From the IMG/VR virus record IMGVR_UViG_3300027804_000050, positions 1 to 64,000 of that record: 64,000 nt of DNA; one strand, given 5' to 3'. The translations under genes were made by a program, and so were the position numbers. The notes under the pieces are model-generated. The model saw only the letters and a program-made list of their open reading frames with translations. It was not told where the DNA came from and searched no databases. Below are positions 48,964 to 58,486 of the stretch, piece after piece. Source of the stretch: a virus. Numbering within the stretch: position 1 is the stretch's first letter; each line of letters begins with the position of its first letter.

Positions 48964-49039
48964 AAAAATAAAAAAATATATTATTTGTAATATCTATACT
49001 ACATAAGTTAGAGCTTACAATTTTAATTGGAGAAAAGCT

Positions 49040-49585
49040 ATGAAACATGTTAATTTAAATGATGAATTCCGTAACAAGCTCCTTGAGTCAGCCGCTTGGG
49101 GTAAGATTGGCCTAAACATTAACGAAGGCAAGGTTGAAGAGGGCCAAGAAAGCCTTACTGAGGAAACTGACGCTCAAGGTTACGAAATAATTCAAGACCA
49201 AGAGGAAGAGTCTATTGATGAAGGCTCCGCTCATGTTTGCCCACTATGCACCTCGCTATTACCAGAAGCAATAGAAGAGGAAAGAGTTCTAGAGCACTTA
49301 GAGATAATTGCTAATGTTCTAGATCGCATAACACAGGTAAACGAAAGCGAAGAAGACCTAGAGTCCGTCATAGCTGAATGTGTTCGTGAAGTTCTATTAG
49401 AATCGGATGACGATATAATAGACGAAGACGAAGACATTTCCGAAGAAGAATATGAGCAAGAAGACTCCGACGACGATGATGTCGTTGAAGAGGAAATGGA
49501 TAAGGGTTATATGTCATCTTCCAAAGCTGGTAAAGGCAAAATGGGCAAGATGATGAAGGGAAAGAAGTCTAAGAAGTCTTGCTGA
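49040..49585 (+). CDS. Acidic hypothetical protein with CPLC motif, head-associated candidate
   Basis: GGAG SD; several L/I-x-E sites. Confidence 0.6.
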   Translation: MKHVNLNDEFRNKLLESAAWGKIGLNINEGKVEEGQESLTEETDAQGYEIIQDQEEESIDEGSAHVCPLCTSLLPEAIEEERVLEHLEIIANVLDRITQVNESEEDLESVIAECVREVLLESDDDIIDEDEDISEEEYEQEDSDDDDVVEEEMDKGYMSSSKAGKGKMGKMMKGKKSKKSC

Positions 49586-49600
49586 TTTTGATTTGATAAA

Positions 49601-49628
49601 AGCAGTCAAGTGAAATACCTTGACTGCT
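49601..49628 (+). terminator. Hairpin (terminator or processing site)
   Basis: AGCAGTCAAG-N8-CTTGACTGCT; weak U tract. Confidence 0.5.
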
Positions 49629-49650
49629 ATTCTAACTTTAGGGTCCCGCT

Positions 49651-50085
49651 ATGAAACATTATCATTTAGAAGATATTTATAGAGATTTACTAATAACAAA
49701 TTCCTATTGGAAAAAGGCTAATTTAGTTCTTGAATCCGAAGAAATGGAAAAATCAATCCAAGCGGCTGGCGGGGACCCCGAAGCTTACAAAGAAATAAAA
49801 GCTAAAAAACAAAAAGCCGCTGCAAAACCTAAAGTAAGCCCAAAAGTTATACAAAAAAGATTAGATCAATTATCTACAATGAGAGACGAGGCAGAGGCAG
49901 CAGAAGCTGCTGGAGTTAAAGATCCTTTAGATAGACCTTTAATTAAAAACCCTCATACTAATGCAGATGCTAGAGCAGCATTAGTAGCTCAAGATGAAGC
50001 AATGAAAAAAGCCGCTGCTTCTAGAAGAGCAGGTAATATTAGGAAAGAGATACTAAGCAGAAAAAACCCAAGTAAAAAATCATGA
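49651..50085 (+). CDS. Hypothetical basic protein, internal-head candidate
   Basis: 144 aa; Lys/Ala-rich after LVLE. Confidence 0.6.
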   Translation: MKHYHLEDIYRDLLITNSYWKKANLVLESEEMEKSIQAAGGDPEAYKEIKAKKQKAAAKPKVSPKVIQKRLDQLSTMRDEAEAAEAAGVKDPLDRPLIKNPHTNADARAALVAQDEAMKKAAASRRAGNIRKEILSRKNPSKKS

Positions 50086-50537
50086 GTACTTTAAAAAATT
50101 CTGGGATGAGCATAGGCTCTTATGCAGAACAGTTGATCATGAATGAAATGACAACTCCTAAGAAGGCTTTGTCATTTGTTAATAAAACTCCTGAAGTTGA
50201 AAAACAATTAGATATATCTGAAACAGTGGTTCCTGATGAATTCATGAATCAAGTTTTAGGAAAAAAATCAATACCTAAAAAACAGGTTAAGCAAGAGAAA
50301 AAAGTTATTGTTGAAAATGTTGAACCAAAGCAAACTCTGCTTACAGAAGAAAAGGCTGATGTTCTAATAAATCTTTTAGAGGAAGTTAAAACTCTTCTAG
50401 AAATGACTGGGACTGGATGTTGTGGCTGTAACATGGGAGGATCTATGCAAGTTGCTCCTTCCGGTGGCAAGAAGAAAAAATCTGATACTGTTCTTCTTTT
50501 TGCTCAAAAACTAAAAGGTATAAGGAATAAAAAATGA
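50082..50537 (+). CDS. Hypothetical protein, head-associated candidate
   Basis: LLTE and LLEMTGTG motifs; ATGA coupling. Confidence 0.6.
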   Translation: MSTLKNSGMSIGSYAEQLIMNEMTTPKKALSFVNKTPEVEKQLDISETVVPDEFMNQVLGKKSIPKKQVKQEKKVIVENVEPKQTLLTEEKADVLINLLEEVKTLLEMTGTGCCGCNMGGSMQVAPSGGKKKKSDTVLLFAQKLKGIRNKK

Positions 50538-50947
50538 ACTTGGTCGAAATACTAGACTTGTTATTAGAAGCCCGTGGATCTGAATCGGGTCGTTCTTATT
50601 ATACATCTAGAGAAGGAACCAAGAAAGAAAAACACTTAGCCACTAAAGCTAAGGTCACAACCTACAACAGTATAAAACAAGCACTAGCCCAAGCTAGGTA
50701 TGGAGATATTTTTAGCACCAAAGCCGCAAATAGGCTCTATGTTGTTTCTAAAGGCAAATGGGGTTCTAAGAGTGGAAGAGGTAAAATAGCTAAAGGTTTT
50801 ACTCCCGGAAGTTCAACTCCTAACTCTAGCTTCTCCTCAGTTAAGAAACACGCTGCAAGAACTAAACTGAGATATGGGGATGGTGATAAAAAACTAGCAG
50901 CAAAGTATGGCAGTAGAAGTTTAAAAAAGAAATTTGGGGTGAAGTAA
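50534..50947 (+). CDS. Very basic hypothetical protein, internal-head candidate
   Basis: Short LLLE leader then K/R/G/S-rich domain. Confidence 0.65.
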   Translation: MNLVEILDLLLEARGSESGRSYYTSREGTKKEKHLATKAKVTTYNSIKQALAQARYGDIFSTKAANRLYVVSKGKWGSKSGRGKIAKGFTPGSSTPNSSFSSVKKHAARTKLRYGDGDKKLAAKYGSRSLKKKFGVK

Positions 50948-50948
50948 T

Positions 50949-52040
50949 ATGATTATCACAGATGTGTTTTTAATAGAAAGATTACAAGTTATCAATGAAG
51001 GTACAGAAGGAAAAACCATGAAAGTTCGTGGAGTTTTCCAACGCGCAGAAGAATCTAACAGCAATGGTAGAATCTATCCCCAAAATGTACTGAGCAAGCA
51101 ATTAGACAAACTTCAACCATTAATTGAAGGTAGAAGATTGTGTGGCGAGTTGGATCACCCCACTAATGATACCGTAAAGCTATCTAATGCTTCTCACTTG
51201 ATTACCAAACTTGAAATGAAGGGTAATGAAGTTATAGGAGAGGCTGAAATACTTAATACTCCTGCTGGATTAACAGCCCGTGCATTGATAAATGGGGGAG
51301 TTAAGATAGGAATCTCTTCCAGAGGAATGGGAACTTTATCAGAAAGTTCCGATGGAAAAAAGATTGTAAATGAAGATTTTAATCTTATAACATTTGATCT
51401 TGTTGCGGATCCTTCCACTCGTGGTGCATATCCAGAACTTAGCGAATCAAAAAGATCTAAGTTTATAAATGAATCTAAAACTAAGTTACAAAAAGAATCT
51501 AATCTACTTAAGTTAATAAAAAGAAAACTTGATGAAGCATATAATCAATACAATGATGTAAGAGTTGATGAAAGATTAACTGCCAAGCAAAGTAAGTATT
51601 TAGATTATGATAAGGATGGATCTCTTGAGTCTTCAGATTTTGCATCTCTTCGTGCTTCAAAAAGATTGAAAAAATTTAGAAAAGGGAAAAACCAATCTAA
51701 ATTAAAAAAAAAATTAAAGGAAGCTTACCAAATAGATCCAGAAAGAGTTGATGAGTTAGTCGCGGGACTCGGGCAAACAATAGGTAATATTGCTGGACGA
51801 GTTCAAAGTGCCCCCTCTAGATTTATGAAAAGTTTTAAAAAATCATATAAAGAAGGGTTAAAGGGTAAAAAACTGCCCCCTCCTAAAGTAGACCCCGCTG
51901 CTCCAAAACCTGAAGGAGGGTTTTTTAAAAGAACATTAGGTGGGTTAATGGGAGGAGCTATGAGAGGTTTTGATAGGAGTTATTCTGGAAAACCAGTATT
52001 TGGTACAGAAGACAAAGAAGAGTCTAAAGAAAAAGTCTAA
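50949..52040 (+). CDS. gp21: Prohead core protease (T4 gp21-like) with long C-terminal extension
   Basis: N.NGRIYP, GELDHP, GISSRGMG, FDLVADPS. Confidence 0.95.
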   Translation: MIITDVFLIERLQVINEGTEGKTMKVRGVFQRAEESNSNGRIYPQNVLSKQLDKLQPLIEGRRLCGELDHPTNDTVKLSNASHLITKLEMKGNEVIGEAEILNTPAGLTARALINGGVKIGISSRGMGTLSESSDGKKIVNEDFNLITFDLVADPSTRGAYPELSESKRSKFINESKTKLQKESNLLKLIKRKLDEAYNQYNDVRVDERLTAKQSKYLDYDKDGSLESSDFASLRASKRLKKFRKGKNQSKLKKKLKEAYQIDPERVDELVAGLGQTIGNIAGRVQSAPSRFMKSFKKSYKEGLKGKKLPPPKVDPAAPKPEGGFFKRTLGGLMGGAMRGFDRSYSGKPVFGTEDKEESKEKV

Positions 52041-52133
52041 TTAATATATTAGGTAGGTACTTATACATTTTTTAAAAAAAATTAAAAAATGTATAAATCT
52101 ATAGTATCTATTTAAAGCTAGGAGCATTATTCC

Positions 52134-52772
52134 ATGGATAAAAAGTTAACAAACATAGCGCAAGTTCTACCTGAAGGATTAGATGAATCTACGGTAGAAA
52201 AAATATTCACCTTAGTCGATTCGGTAATAAACGAACAAGTTGAATCAAAAGTTAAGTTATTAGAAGCAAAAGTTAATGCATTCCTAAGAACAAAAATTGA
52301 TCAACTAAAAGAGCAAGCACTTGCCGAATTAGTCGAAGAGAATGAAGTTTTCAGAAATGCAAAACTATTTGAATCTGTTAGAACCTTGATGACTCTAGAA
52401 TTATCACAAAACGATGAGTCTAGCTTAGTCACAGAAATGAAAGAGCAATCTGATGAATTAGAACAAGAAGTATCGACTCTTAGTGAGCAGATAAACAAAC
52501 TAATTCTAGAAAACGAAAAATTGCAAAACACAATCAAGGTTTTATCAAATAAAGTAAACCTTTCCGAGCAAAAGACGAGAAAGCTTGAAAAGGACAGAAT
52601 GAAATTGGTCGAAGAAGTAAAGAATCTAGAAGCCTCTGCTGATGAACCTTTTGTATCATCTGAGAAGGCTGTTTTGATTTCTGAATCTGAAAGACCAGTT
52701 TCGATTAGAGAACAGGTCGGTAACCCGTTCTTATCCCCAGAGGCTATGAAATTAATGCCTTTTTCTCGTTGA
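52134..52772 (+). CDS. Prohead scaffold (gp22-like)
   Basis: Coiled coil between protease and MCP; AGGAG SD. Confidence 0.8.
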   Translation: MDKKLTNIAQVLPEGLDESTVEKIFTLVDSVINEQVESKVKLLEAKVNAFLRTKIDQLKEQALAELVEENEVFRNAKLFESVRTLMTLELSQNDESSLVTEMKEQSDELEQEVSTLSEQINKLILENEKLQNTIKVLSNKVNLSEQKTRKLEKDRMKLVEEVKNLEASADEPFVSSEKAVLISESERPVSIREQVGNPFLSPEAMKLMPFSR

Positions 52773-52788
52773 TTAGGAATTTCTAAAT

Positions 52789-54423
52789 ATGGACTCGATG
52801 TATATTCACGATGAAAAATTAACGCAGAAGTGGGGGCCTGTACTTGAAGGCATTAACAACGACTACGACCGTAGAGTTACAGCCCAACTTCTAGAGAACC
52901 AAGCTAAGGCAATAGTGGAAGATAAACTCCGCGAAGAGCTTTCAACAGGAGCCACCACAACTGGTCACCTAGGAACTTTCGCCAAGTTTGCTTTCCCACT
53001 CGTAAGAAGAGTATTCCCTGAGCTAATTGCCAAGAACTTCGTTGGTGTTCAACCAATGCAAGCTCCAGTAAGCCAAGTTTTCTACCTCGGTCACAGCCGC
53101 AAGTATGGTACTAATGAAGCTCAAACTGTTTACAGCAAGTACAACCTAACCTACCGTGGTTTGACCTCAAACCCAATAGGTTCTGCTTCTGGAACAGATG
53201 CTGGTACATTCTACACTGGTTCAACCGCAGGAACAGGAACTGGTCTTGATGGTGATGTTGCCGTAACTGGCTTCGACATCTCCAATGTGTTGCAAACTTT
53301 AACGGGTGGACAAATAACTGGTAATGGTGCTCCATCAGGAACCTTTGGTGGTAAGATAGCTGCATTCCCTAATGCTTCTGCAACTTATGCTTGGATCATG
53401 AGTGCTGGAGAGCGTTTAGAGGGAACAGGTATTCCTGAGCTAACCATGCACATTGAACAAGAAGCCGTCATTGCTCGTACTCGCAAGATGCGTGCATTGT
53501 GGACTCTTGAAGCTTCACAAGATCTCAAGGCTTACCATAACCTCGATCTCGAAAGAGAACTAACCGATCTTCTCTCCAAGGAACTTCAACTTGAAATAGA
53601 CCGCGAATTAATTGAAGATCTTCGTATGATTGCTTATGGATTCAATCGTACTGATACAACTGCTAAACTAGGTGGTGCTTCACTCCAAAATATGGATAAG
53701 AGTTACCTAGATTTTGGAACATTTGATGGTCTTGCTAACAAGAGCACTGCTGCTACCGGAACATTTGTTCCCGGACAGTTCACATATGATTTCACTGGAC
53801 TAGCAGCTACCGCCACAGGCAATGAATTTGGTTCACTACCTTCAAACAGAAATGTTTTCATCGTGGACTTCGGTGCCTTTACAGGAACCTTAAATCCCCG
53901 TCACCTTGGAGAAGTTTATGCTAATCTCTTAGCAGTAATCAACTTTGCTGCTCAAGATATCTACAAGACCACAATGCGTGGTCCCGGTAGCTGGCTACTA
54001 ACTTCGCCTGTAGTTGCATCACTTCTAGAGAGTGCTGCCAAGCTAGAAGGTGGTATTGCTAGAGAAGATGGTCCAACTAACATCGCTGCAAACTCAATCC
54101 AGTTCAGAGGTAAGTTCATGGGACGCTACGATCTCTATGTAGACCCAATGTTCCCCGATGATGAAATAATGGTTGGTTATAAGGGTTCAAATGCAATGGA
54201 TGCTGGTTACATCTATGCTCCTTACATCCCACTACAACAGCTACCAACTGTCACAGATCCTGAGAGCTTCCAACCAAGAAAGGGTATCCTAACCCGCTAT
54301 GGTAAGGTTGCTATCGAGCCTAATACAAGATTCTACCGTATTATTAGAATCGTAGGCCCCTCACTAAACTTCTTAACTTACCCCTTCGTTGCGGTGACTA
54401 AGAAGTTTGGTAGCTCACTCTGA
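52789..54423 (+). CDS. gp23: Major capsid protein (T4 gp23-like)
   Basis: KWGPVLEG, LLENQ, PLVRR, VGVQPM, TRKMRA.WT.E..QDL.A.H, EIDRE, YAPYIP, F.P..G..TRYG. Confidence 0.97.
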   Translation: MDSMYIHDEKLTQKWGPVLEGINNDYDRRVTAQLLENQAKAIVEDKLREELSTGATTTGHLGTFAKFAFPLVRRVFPELIAKNFVGVQPMQAPVSQVFYLGHSRKYGTNEAQTVYSKYNLTYRGLTSNPIGSASGTDAGTFYTGSTAGTGTGLDGDVAVTGFDISNVLQTLTGGQITGNGAPSGTFGGKIAAFPNASATYAWIMSAGERLEGTGIPELTMHIEQEAVIARTRKMRALWTLEASQDLKAYHNLDLERELTDLLSKELQLEIDRELIEDLRMIAYGFNRTDTTAKLGGASLQNMDKSYLDFGTFDGLANKSTAATGTFVPGQFTYDFTGLAATATGNEFGSLPSNRNVFIVDFGAFTGTLNPRHLGEVYANLLAVINFAAQDIYKTTMRGPGSWLLTSPVVASLLESAAKLEGGIAREDGPTNIAANSIQFRGKFMGRYDLYVDPMFPDDEIMVGYKGSNAMDAGYIYAPYIPLQQLPTVTDPESFQPRKGILTRYGKVAIEPNTRFYRIIRIVGPSLNFLTYPFVAVTKKFGSSL

Positions 54424-54438
54424 TCTGACTGATTAATT

Positions 54439-54476
54439 AAAAGAGGCAAGGAAATAAAATTCCTTGCCTCTTTTTT
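54439..54476 (+). terminator. Rho-independent terminator after MCP
   Basis: GAGGCAAGGAA-N6-TTCCTTGCCTC-T6. Confidence 0.9.
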
Positions 54477-54502
54477 GTTACCTATATACATTAGGGAGTT
54501 TT

Positions 54503-54727
54503 ATGTTCAAATATAGATCTAGATGTAAATGGAATCAATTATTAAGTATAAATAATAAAATAATAGAAATAAGACCGGGAGAATTTTTTGAATCCTCCCA
54601 AGAACTAGACTCCCCTTTCTTAGAGTTAGTAGCAGAAAAGAAGATAATATTTGAACCCAAGAAAAAAAAGGTGATAGAAGATGACATTTCCAGTGATAGC
54701 CAAGCCAAGAATAATGGGGTACGGTGA
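54503..54727 (+). CDS. Small hypothetical protein
   Basis: Start re-called to ATG 54503 after GGGAG. Confidence 0.6.
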   Translation: MFKYRSRCKWNQLLSINNKIIEIRPGEFFESSQELDSPFLELVAEKKIIFEPKKKKVIEDDISSDSQAKNNGVR

Positions 54728-55556
54728 TACTTTTGGAAGCTATGGTGGTAGACTTCTAACAGACACTAAGACTAATGGCGAAATAAAGACTGAAGAATTA
54801 AACACTGGATTGTTGGAAGACGGTGTTGAGTTCAACAGATTTGAACTATCTATCCGTGATTATATCTTGGCTAGACTTGGTCATCCTGTTGTGCGAGTTG
54901 AACTTAGTCCTTTTCAATTGAAAAGTTCAATTGAAGAATCAATAAACAAATTTTCTTATCATGCACCTTTTTGGAATCGCCAATTTGCGGTTTTTGAAAC
55001 ATCGGCTGGAATAAACCAGTACATATTACCACCACATATAGCACATAATCTAACTTATGTTGTTTATAGAAAAACACTACTTACACTACAACAAGCAACA
55101 CATGATTTAGAATATGATTTCTTTATTAAGTATTTCCAAGATAATTTCATTTATGGTGATTTTAGACTTGGAGATTTTTATCTTCTCCAAACCCACTTGG
55201 AACTTGCTAGAAAAGTTCTAGGTCAAGAAGGTGCATTTGATCTTTTAAATGGGAACATTTTGCAAGTGTATCCAGCACCAATCATAAATGGGGATGAAGT
55301 TATTTTAGAATTCAGAGCTATTGATACAAACACCATTCACCCTGCGTATAGAAATTGGATACAAAAATATGCTCTTGCGATAGCCAAAGGAATCCTTGGT
55401 GAAATAAGAGGTAAGTATTCAAGTCTACCATCCCCCGGTGGAGGTGCTAATTTAAATGGTGCTGCCCTGACTCAAGCAAGCCAAATGGAAAAAAAAGAGT
55501 TAGAAGAACAACTTCGAAGTGAATTCGAAGAACCCCCAACATTCACAGTATGGTGA
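54681..55556 (+). CDS. Neck protein gp13-like (head-tail adaptor)
   Basis: DYILARLGHPVVRVEL, WIQKYALAIAK..LG.IRGKY...P.PGG..LNG. Confidence 0.9.
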   Translation: MTFPVIAKPRIMGYGDTFGSYGGRLLTDTKTNGEIKTEELNTGLLEDGVEFNRFELSIRDYILARLGHPVVRVELSPFQLKSSIEESINKFSYHAPFWNRQFAVFETSAGINQYILPPHIAHNLTYVVYRKTLLTLQQATHDLEYDFFIKYFQDNFIYGDFRLGDFYLLQTHLELARKVLGQEGAFDLLNGNILQVYPAPIINGDEVILEFRAIDTNTIHPAYRNWIQKYALAIAKGILGEIRGKYSSLPSPGGGANLNGAALTQASQMEKKELEEQLRSEFEEPPTFTVW

Positions 55557-55559
55557 TAT

Positions 55560-56105
55560 ATGCCTTTGAAATCTGGATCAAGTAAAAAAGTAGTTAGTGG
55601 TAATATAAAAGAGTTGATGTCTGCTTATAAGAAAAAAGGTAAGATTGGAACTAGTAAGCCTAAAAATAAAAGAGCAGCACAAAAACAATCAGTTGCGATT
55701 GCACTTTCAAAAGCAAGAGAAGCCATTGAATTAGCTGGAAATCTTTTATTAGAAGAACCTCAGTATAAAAAAGGTATGAAGAGATTAGGTCAAAAAGCAG
55801 CAGAGGAATTTGCTAAGTCTGAAAAAGCCACAGCACAAGGAGAAGGAAGATATCATGCTCAAAAAGCACTTGGTTTTATTAAGGCTGGAAAACGAGCTAA
55901 AGCAGCACAAGCAAAAACACAAGCAGGCAGACAAGATTCTTCAACCGAGCACATAGGAACTCAATTAATAGAAAAACTTTGTGCCAAAGGAAAGGCTGCT
56001 GCAAAACGCAAGTTTGATGTTTACCCATCTGCTTATGCCAACATGTATGCTTCCGCTGTTTGTTCTGGTAAAGTTACACCCGGAGGAAAAAAAGATAACA
56101 AATGA
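55560..56105 (+). CDS. Multi-module basic protein (MPLKSG..NI.E module and YPSAYAN module)
   Basis: Recognisable small basic phage modules separated by LLE / LIE. Confidence 0.7.
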   Translation: MPLKSGSSKKVVSGNIKELMSAYKKKGKIGTSKPKNKRAAQKQSVAIALSKAREAIELAGNLLLEEPQYKKGMKRLGQKAAEEFAKSEKATAQGEGRYHAQKALGFIKAGKRAKAAQAKTQAGRQDSSTEHIGTQLIEKLCAKGKAAAKRKFDVYPSAYANMYASAVCSGKVTPGGKKDNK

Positions 56106-56923
56106 ATCTTAATGAAGATTTAAGAAAATGGGTTGCTGAAAAATGGGTTGACATTGGAGCACCAAAAAAAGGTGGGGGATTCAAACCATGTGGTAGGCAA
56201 AAAGGAGAAAAGCGTAGAGGCTATCCTAAATGTGTTCCTCTAGCTAAAGCTACTTCAATGTCTCAAAAGCAAAGAAGATCAGCAGTAAAAAGAAAAAGAG
56301 CTGCCCCTAACGATGGGCCAAAACCAGATTTTGTTTCAACAGAAGGGAAAAATGAAATGAACGATTCAATTCAATCTTATTTAAATATTTTTGGAACTTT
56401 ATTATCAGAAGTTAGTATAACAGGGGCACAATTTGCTACAGGAATTAGGGGAAATCCTTCAAGAAAAAAACTAGGACAAGAAGAAATTATTGTTAGGGGT
56501 GTGACGGGTAATTCTATATCAGTTTCTCCAAATGACCCTAGATATAAACAATTTCAAACTAGACTAGGGAAAGATAAACCCACAACTCTTTATTCTGGAA
56601 CTAAAATTCGTTCAGTTAGCAGTAGAGGAGATAAAGTTTCAGAAGGTAAAAGTCCAGCATGGCAAAGAAGCGAAGGTAAGAATCCAGAGGGGGGATTAAA
56701 TAAAAAAGGAATAGCATCATATAGAGCAGCTAACCCCGGTTCAAAACTTTCTATGGCAGTTACAACAAAACCTTCTAAGTTGAAAAAAGGATCTAAGGCT
56801 GCAAAGAGAAGAAGATCTTTTTGTGCCAGAATGAGTGGTATGAAGAAAAGATTAACTTCAGCAAAGACGGCAAAAGACCCAAATAGCAGAATAAATAAAT
56901 CATTGAGAAAATGGAACTGCTGA
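56102..56923 (+). CDS. Multi-module basic protein (KWVDI..PCGR..YPKC module and AWQR.EGKN..GGLN..SFCARM module)
   Basis: Modules common in aquatic phage proteins, separated by LNE / LSE / VSE. Confidence 0.75.
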   Translation: MNLNEDLRKWVAEKWVDIGAPKKGGGFKPCGRQKGEKRRGYPKCVPLAKATSMSQKQRRSAVKRKRAAPNDGPKPDFVSTEGKNEMNDSIQSYLNIFGTLLSEVSITGAQFATGIRGNPSRKKLGQEEIIVRGVTGNSISVSPNDPRYKQFQTRLGKDKPTTLYSGTKIRSVSSRGDKVSEGKSPAWQRSEGKNPEGGLNKKGIASYRAANPGSKLSMAVTTKPSKLKKGSKAAKRRRSFCARMSGMKKRLTSAKTAKDPNSRINKSLRKWNC

Positions 56924-56926
56924 TAA

Positions 56927-57499
56927 ATGACAAATAAAAAAGAAAATTTTAAAATAACTACAAAACTCCCAGAACTTCCAGACATAGATTCTGAAGGATC
57001 GGAGCTAAGTTTATTTGACCAAAATAATCCAGATTTGAACTTATTCAACTTAGTAGACGATGAACTGATAAAACTCAGTGGTAGTAAAATGTACTTCTAT
57101 AAATACAATCAATCAGTTGATTTTGATCCTGTTTACATGGAATCAAAAAACAAACCAGTATCTAGAATTCCTATTTTAGTTCATGGTCATTATGAACCAG
57201 AAGCTTTGAGTGAGAACCTAACAAATTTCGGTGTAGAACTATCAAGTGATCAAGTTTTTACTTTTAACAAATCTTATATCGAACGCAAGTTAGGCAGATC
57301 AGTTATACCCGGAGATATTATTAAACCACTATTTCAAAATCAGAAATATCAAGTCTTTCAGGTAGTAGAAGATTCTTTTGAAGCATACGGAGTTTATCAT
57401 TTGGTTTGCAATGCTAAACTTCTTAGAGATGCTGAAGGCACTGTCAATACTCCATTAACAAAAGTGGATGATCCTTTGGGAGGGTATAGCCACGAATGA
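56927..57499 (+). CDS. Neck protein gp14-like (head closure)
   Basis: D.VY.E, L..FG.E...D..F.FNK, PGDII, YQVFQV. Confidence 0.8.
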   Translation: MTNKKENFKITTKLPELPDIDSEGSELSLFDQNNPDLNLFNLVDDELIKLSGSKMYFYKYNQSVDFDPVYMESKNKPVSRIPILVHGHYEPEALSENLTNFGVELSSDQVFTFNKSYIERKLGRSVIPGDIIKPLFQNQKYQVFQVVEDSFEAYGVYHLVCNAKLLRDAEGTVNTPLTKVDDPLGGYSHE

Positions 57500-58242
57500 A
57501 TTCTTCAGCCATAGAAATAGTTCTTAGAAATCAATCTATACTTGGAGAAACTGAAATAGGAACTTTGAGTAGTAGAAGTGATAGTTATTTAACGAGAGAA
57601 TCTTATATTAGGAATGAAATTCTAAGAATAACAAAAAAAGAATCAATCATCTCTGGTATGTACAAAGAGTTGCTTCGAGCAATGATTGATTTCTTTTCTG
57701 ACATGGTTTGTATTGATGATGAGAATAAAGTTATCCAAATTAGATGCATCTATGCCAACCCAGAGAGAGCAATAGCAAAGATAAAACAAGAAAATAATAT
57801 AATTTTACCATTAGTATCAGTATCCCAAGACAAATCAAAAGTTGATTTAGCTAGATCCAGATACAAAACCTTGCTAGTGCATGAAACAAAATACGACCCT
57901 GTTAAAAATAGAGCTATTAGAATTTTAAGTTTAGCTCCAGTTCCAATAGAAATTACTTATAATGTTAATGTTTGGTGTAAATATAAATCAGATTTGGATC
58001 AAATCGTAGAACAGATAAACTTAAAATTTAATCCAGATGCAGATTTATCAATCCCCGGTCATACATTAATTAAGGCTTATCTAGGGGAGGATACTTCGGC
58101 CTCTTCTGATTTAGAAGCAACTGATAAGGAAGATAGAGTAATTAAAAGAACTTATTCCGTAAATATATCAACTTACTTAAATAATCCTAAGTTTATTATA
58201 ACATCCAATGGAGCTATAGAAAGACTTAATTTAGAATTTTAA
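57496..58242 (+). CDS. Tail terminator / sheath stabiliser gp15-like
   Basis: IILP..S, PVPIEITY.V.VW.KY..DLDQIVEQI..KF.P. Confidence 0.85.
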   Translation: MNSSAIEIVLRNQSILGETEIGTLSSRSDSYLTRESYIRNEILRITKKESIISGMYKELLRAMIDFFSDMVCIDDENKVIQIRCIYANPERAIAKIKQENNIILPLVSVSQDKSKVDLARSRYKTLLVHETKYDPVKNRAIRILSLAPVPIEITYNVNVWCKYKSDLDQIVEQINLKFNPDADLSIPGHTLIKAYLGEDTSASSDLEATDKEDRVIKRTYSVNISTYLNNPKFIITSNGAIERLNLEF

Positions 58243-58297
58243 AAAAATATTTCTAAAATAGTTCTGAGTCCTAGTACATAAACATGAGAGGTAATAT

Positions 58298-58474
58298 ATG
58301 AAATTAGTTAAAAACACTAGTCTACAAGCTTTCACAATCTATTTTTCAACAGAGAGTGGATGCGATGAAAGATGGTTGAAGCCCGGAGAAGGTGTAGTTG
58401 TCCCTGACCATTACATCACAGAACAAGTATTAAACTTAGCCAAAAAAAGAATACTCAAAGTAGTTAACGCCTGA
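58298..58474 (+). CDS. Small protein preceding sheath, 58 aa (MKLVKNTSLQ...LKPGE..VVP...LKVVNA); not in ORF track
   Basis: Translated by hand; GAGG SD; fills the intergenic gap. Confidence 0.75.
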   Translation: MKLVKNTSLQAFTIYFSTESGCDERWLKPGEGVVVPDHYITEQVLNLAKKRILKVVNA

Positions 58475-58486
58475 TAGGAGATAATT

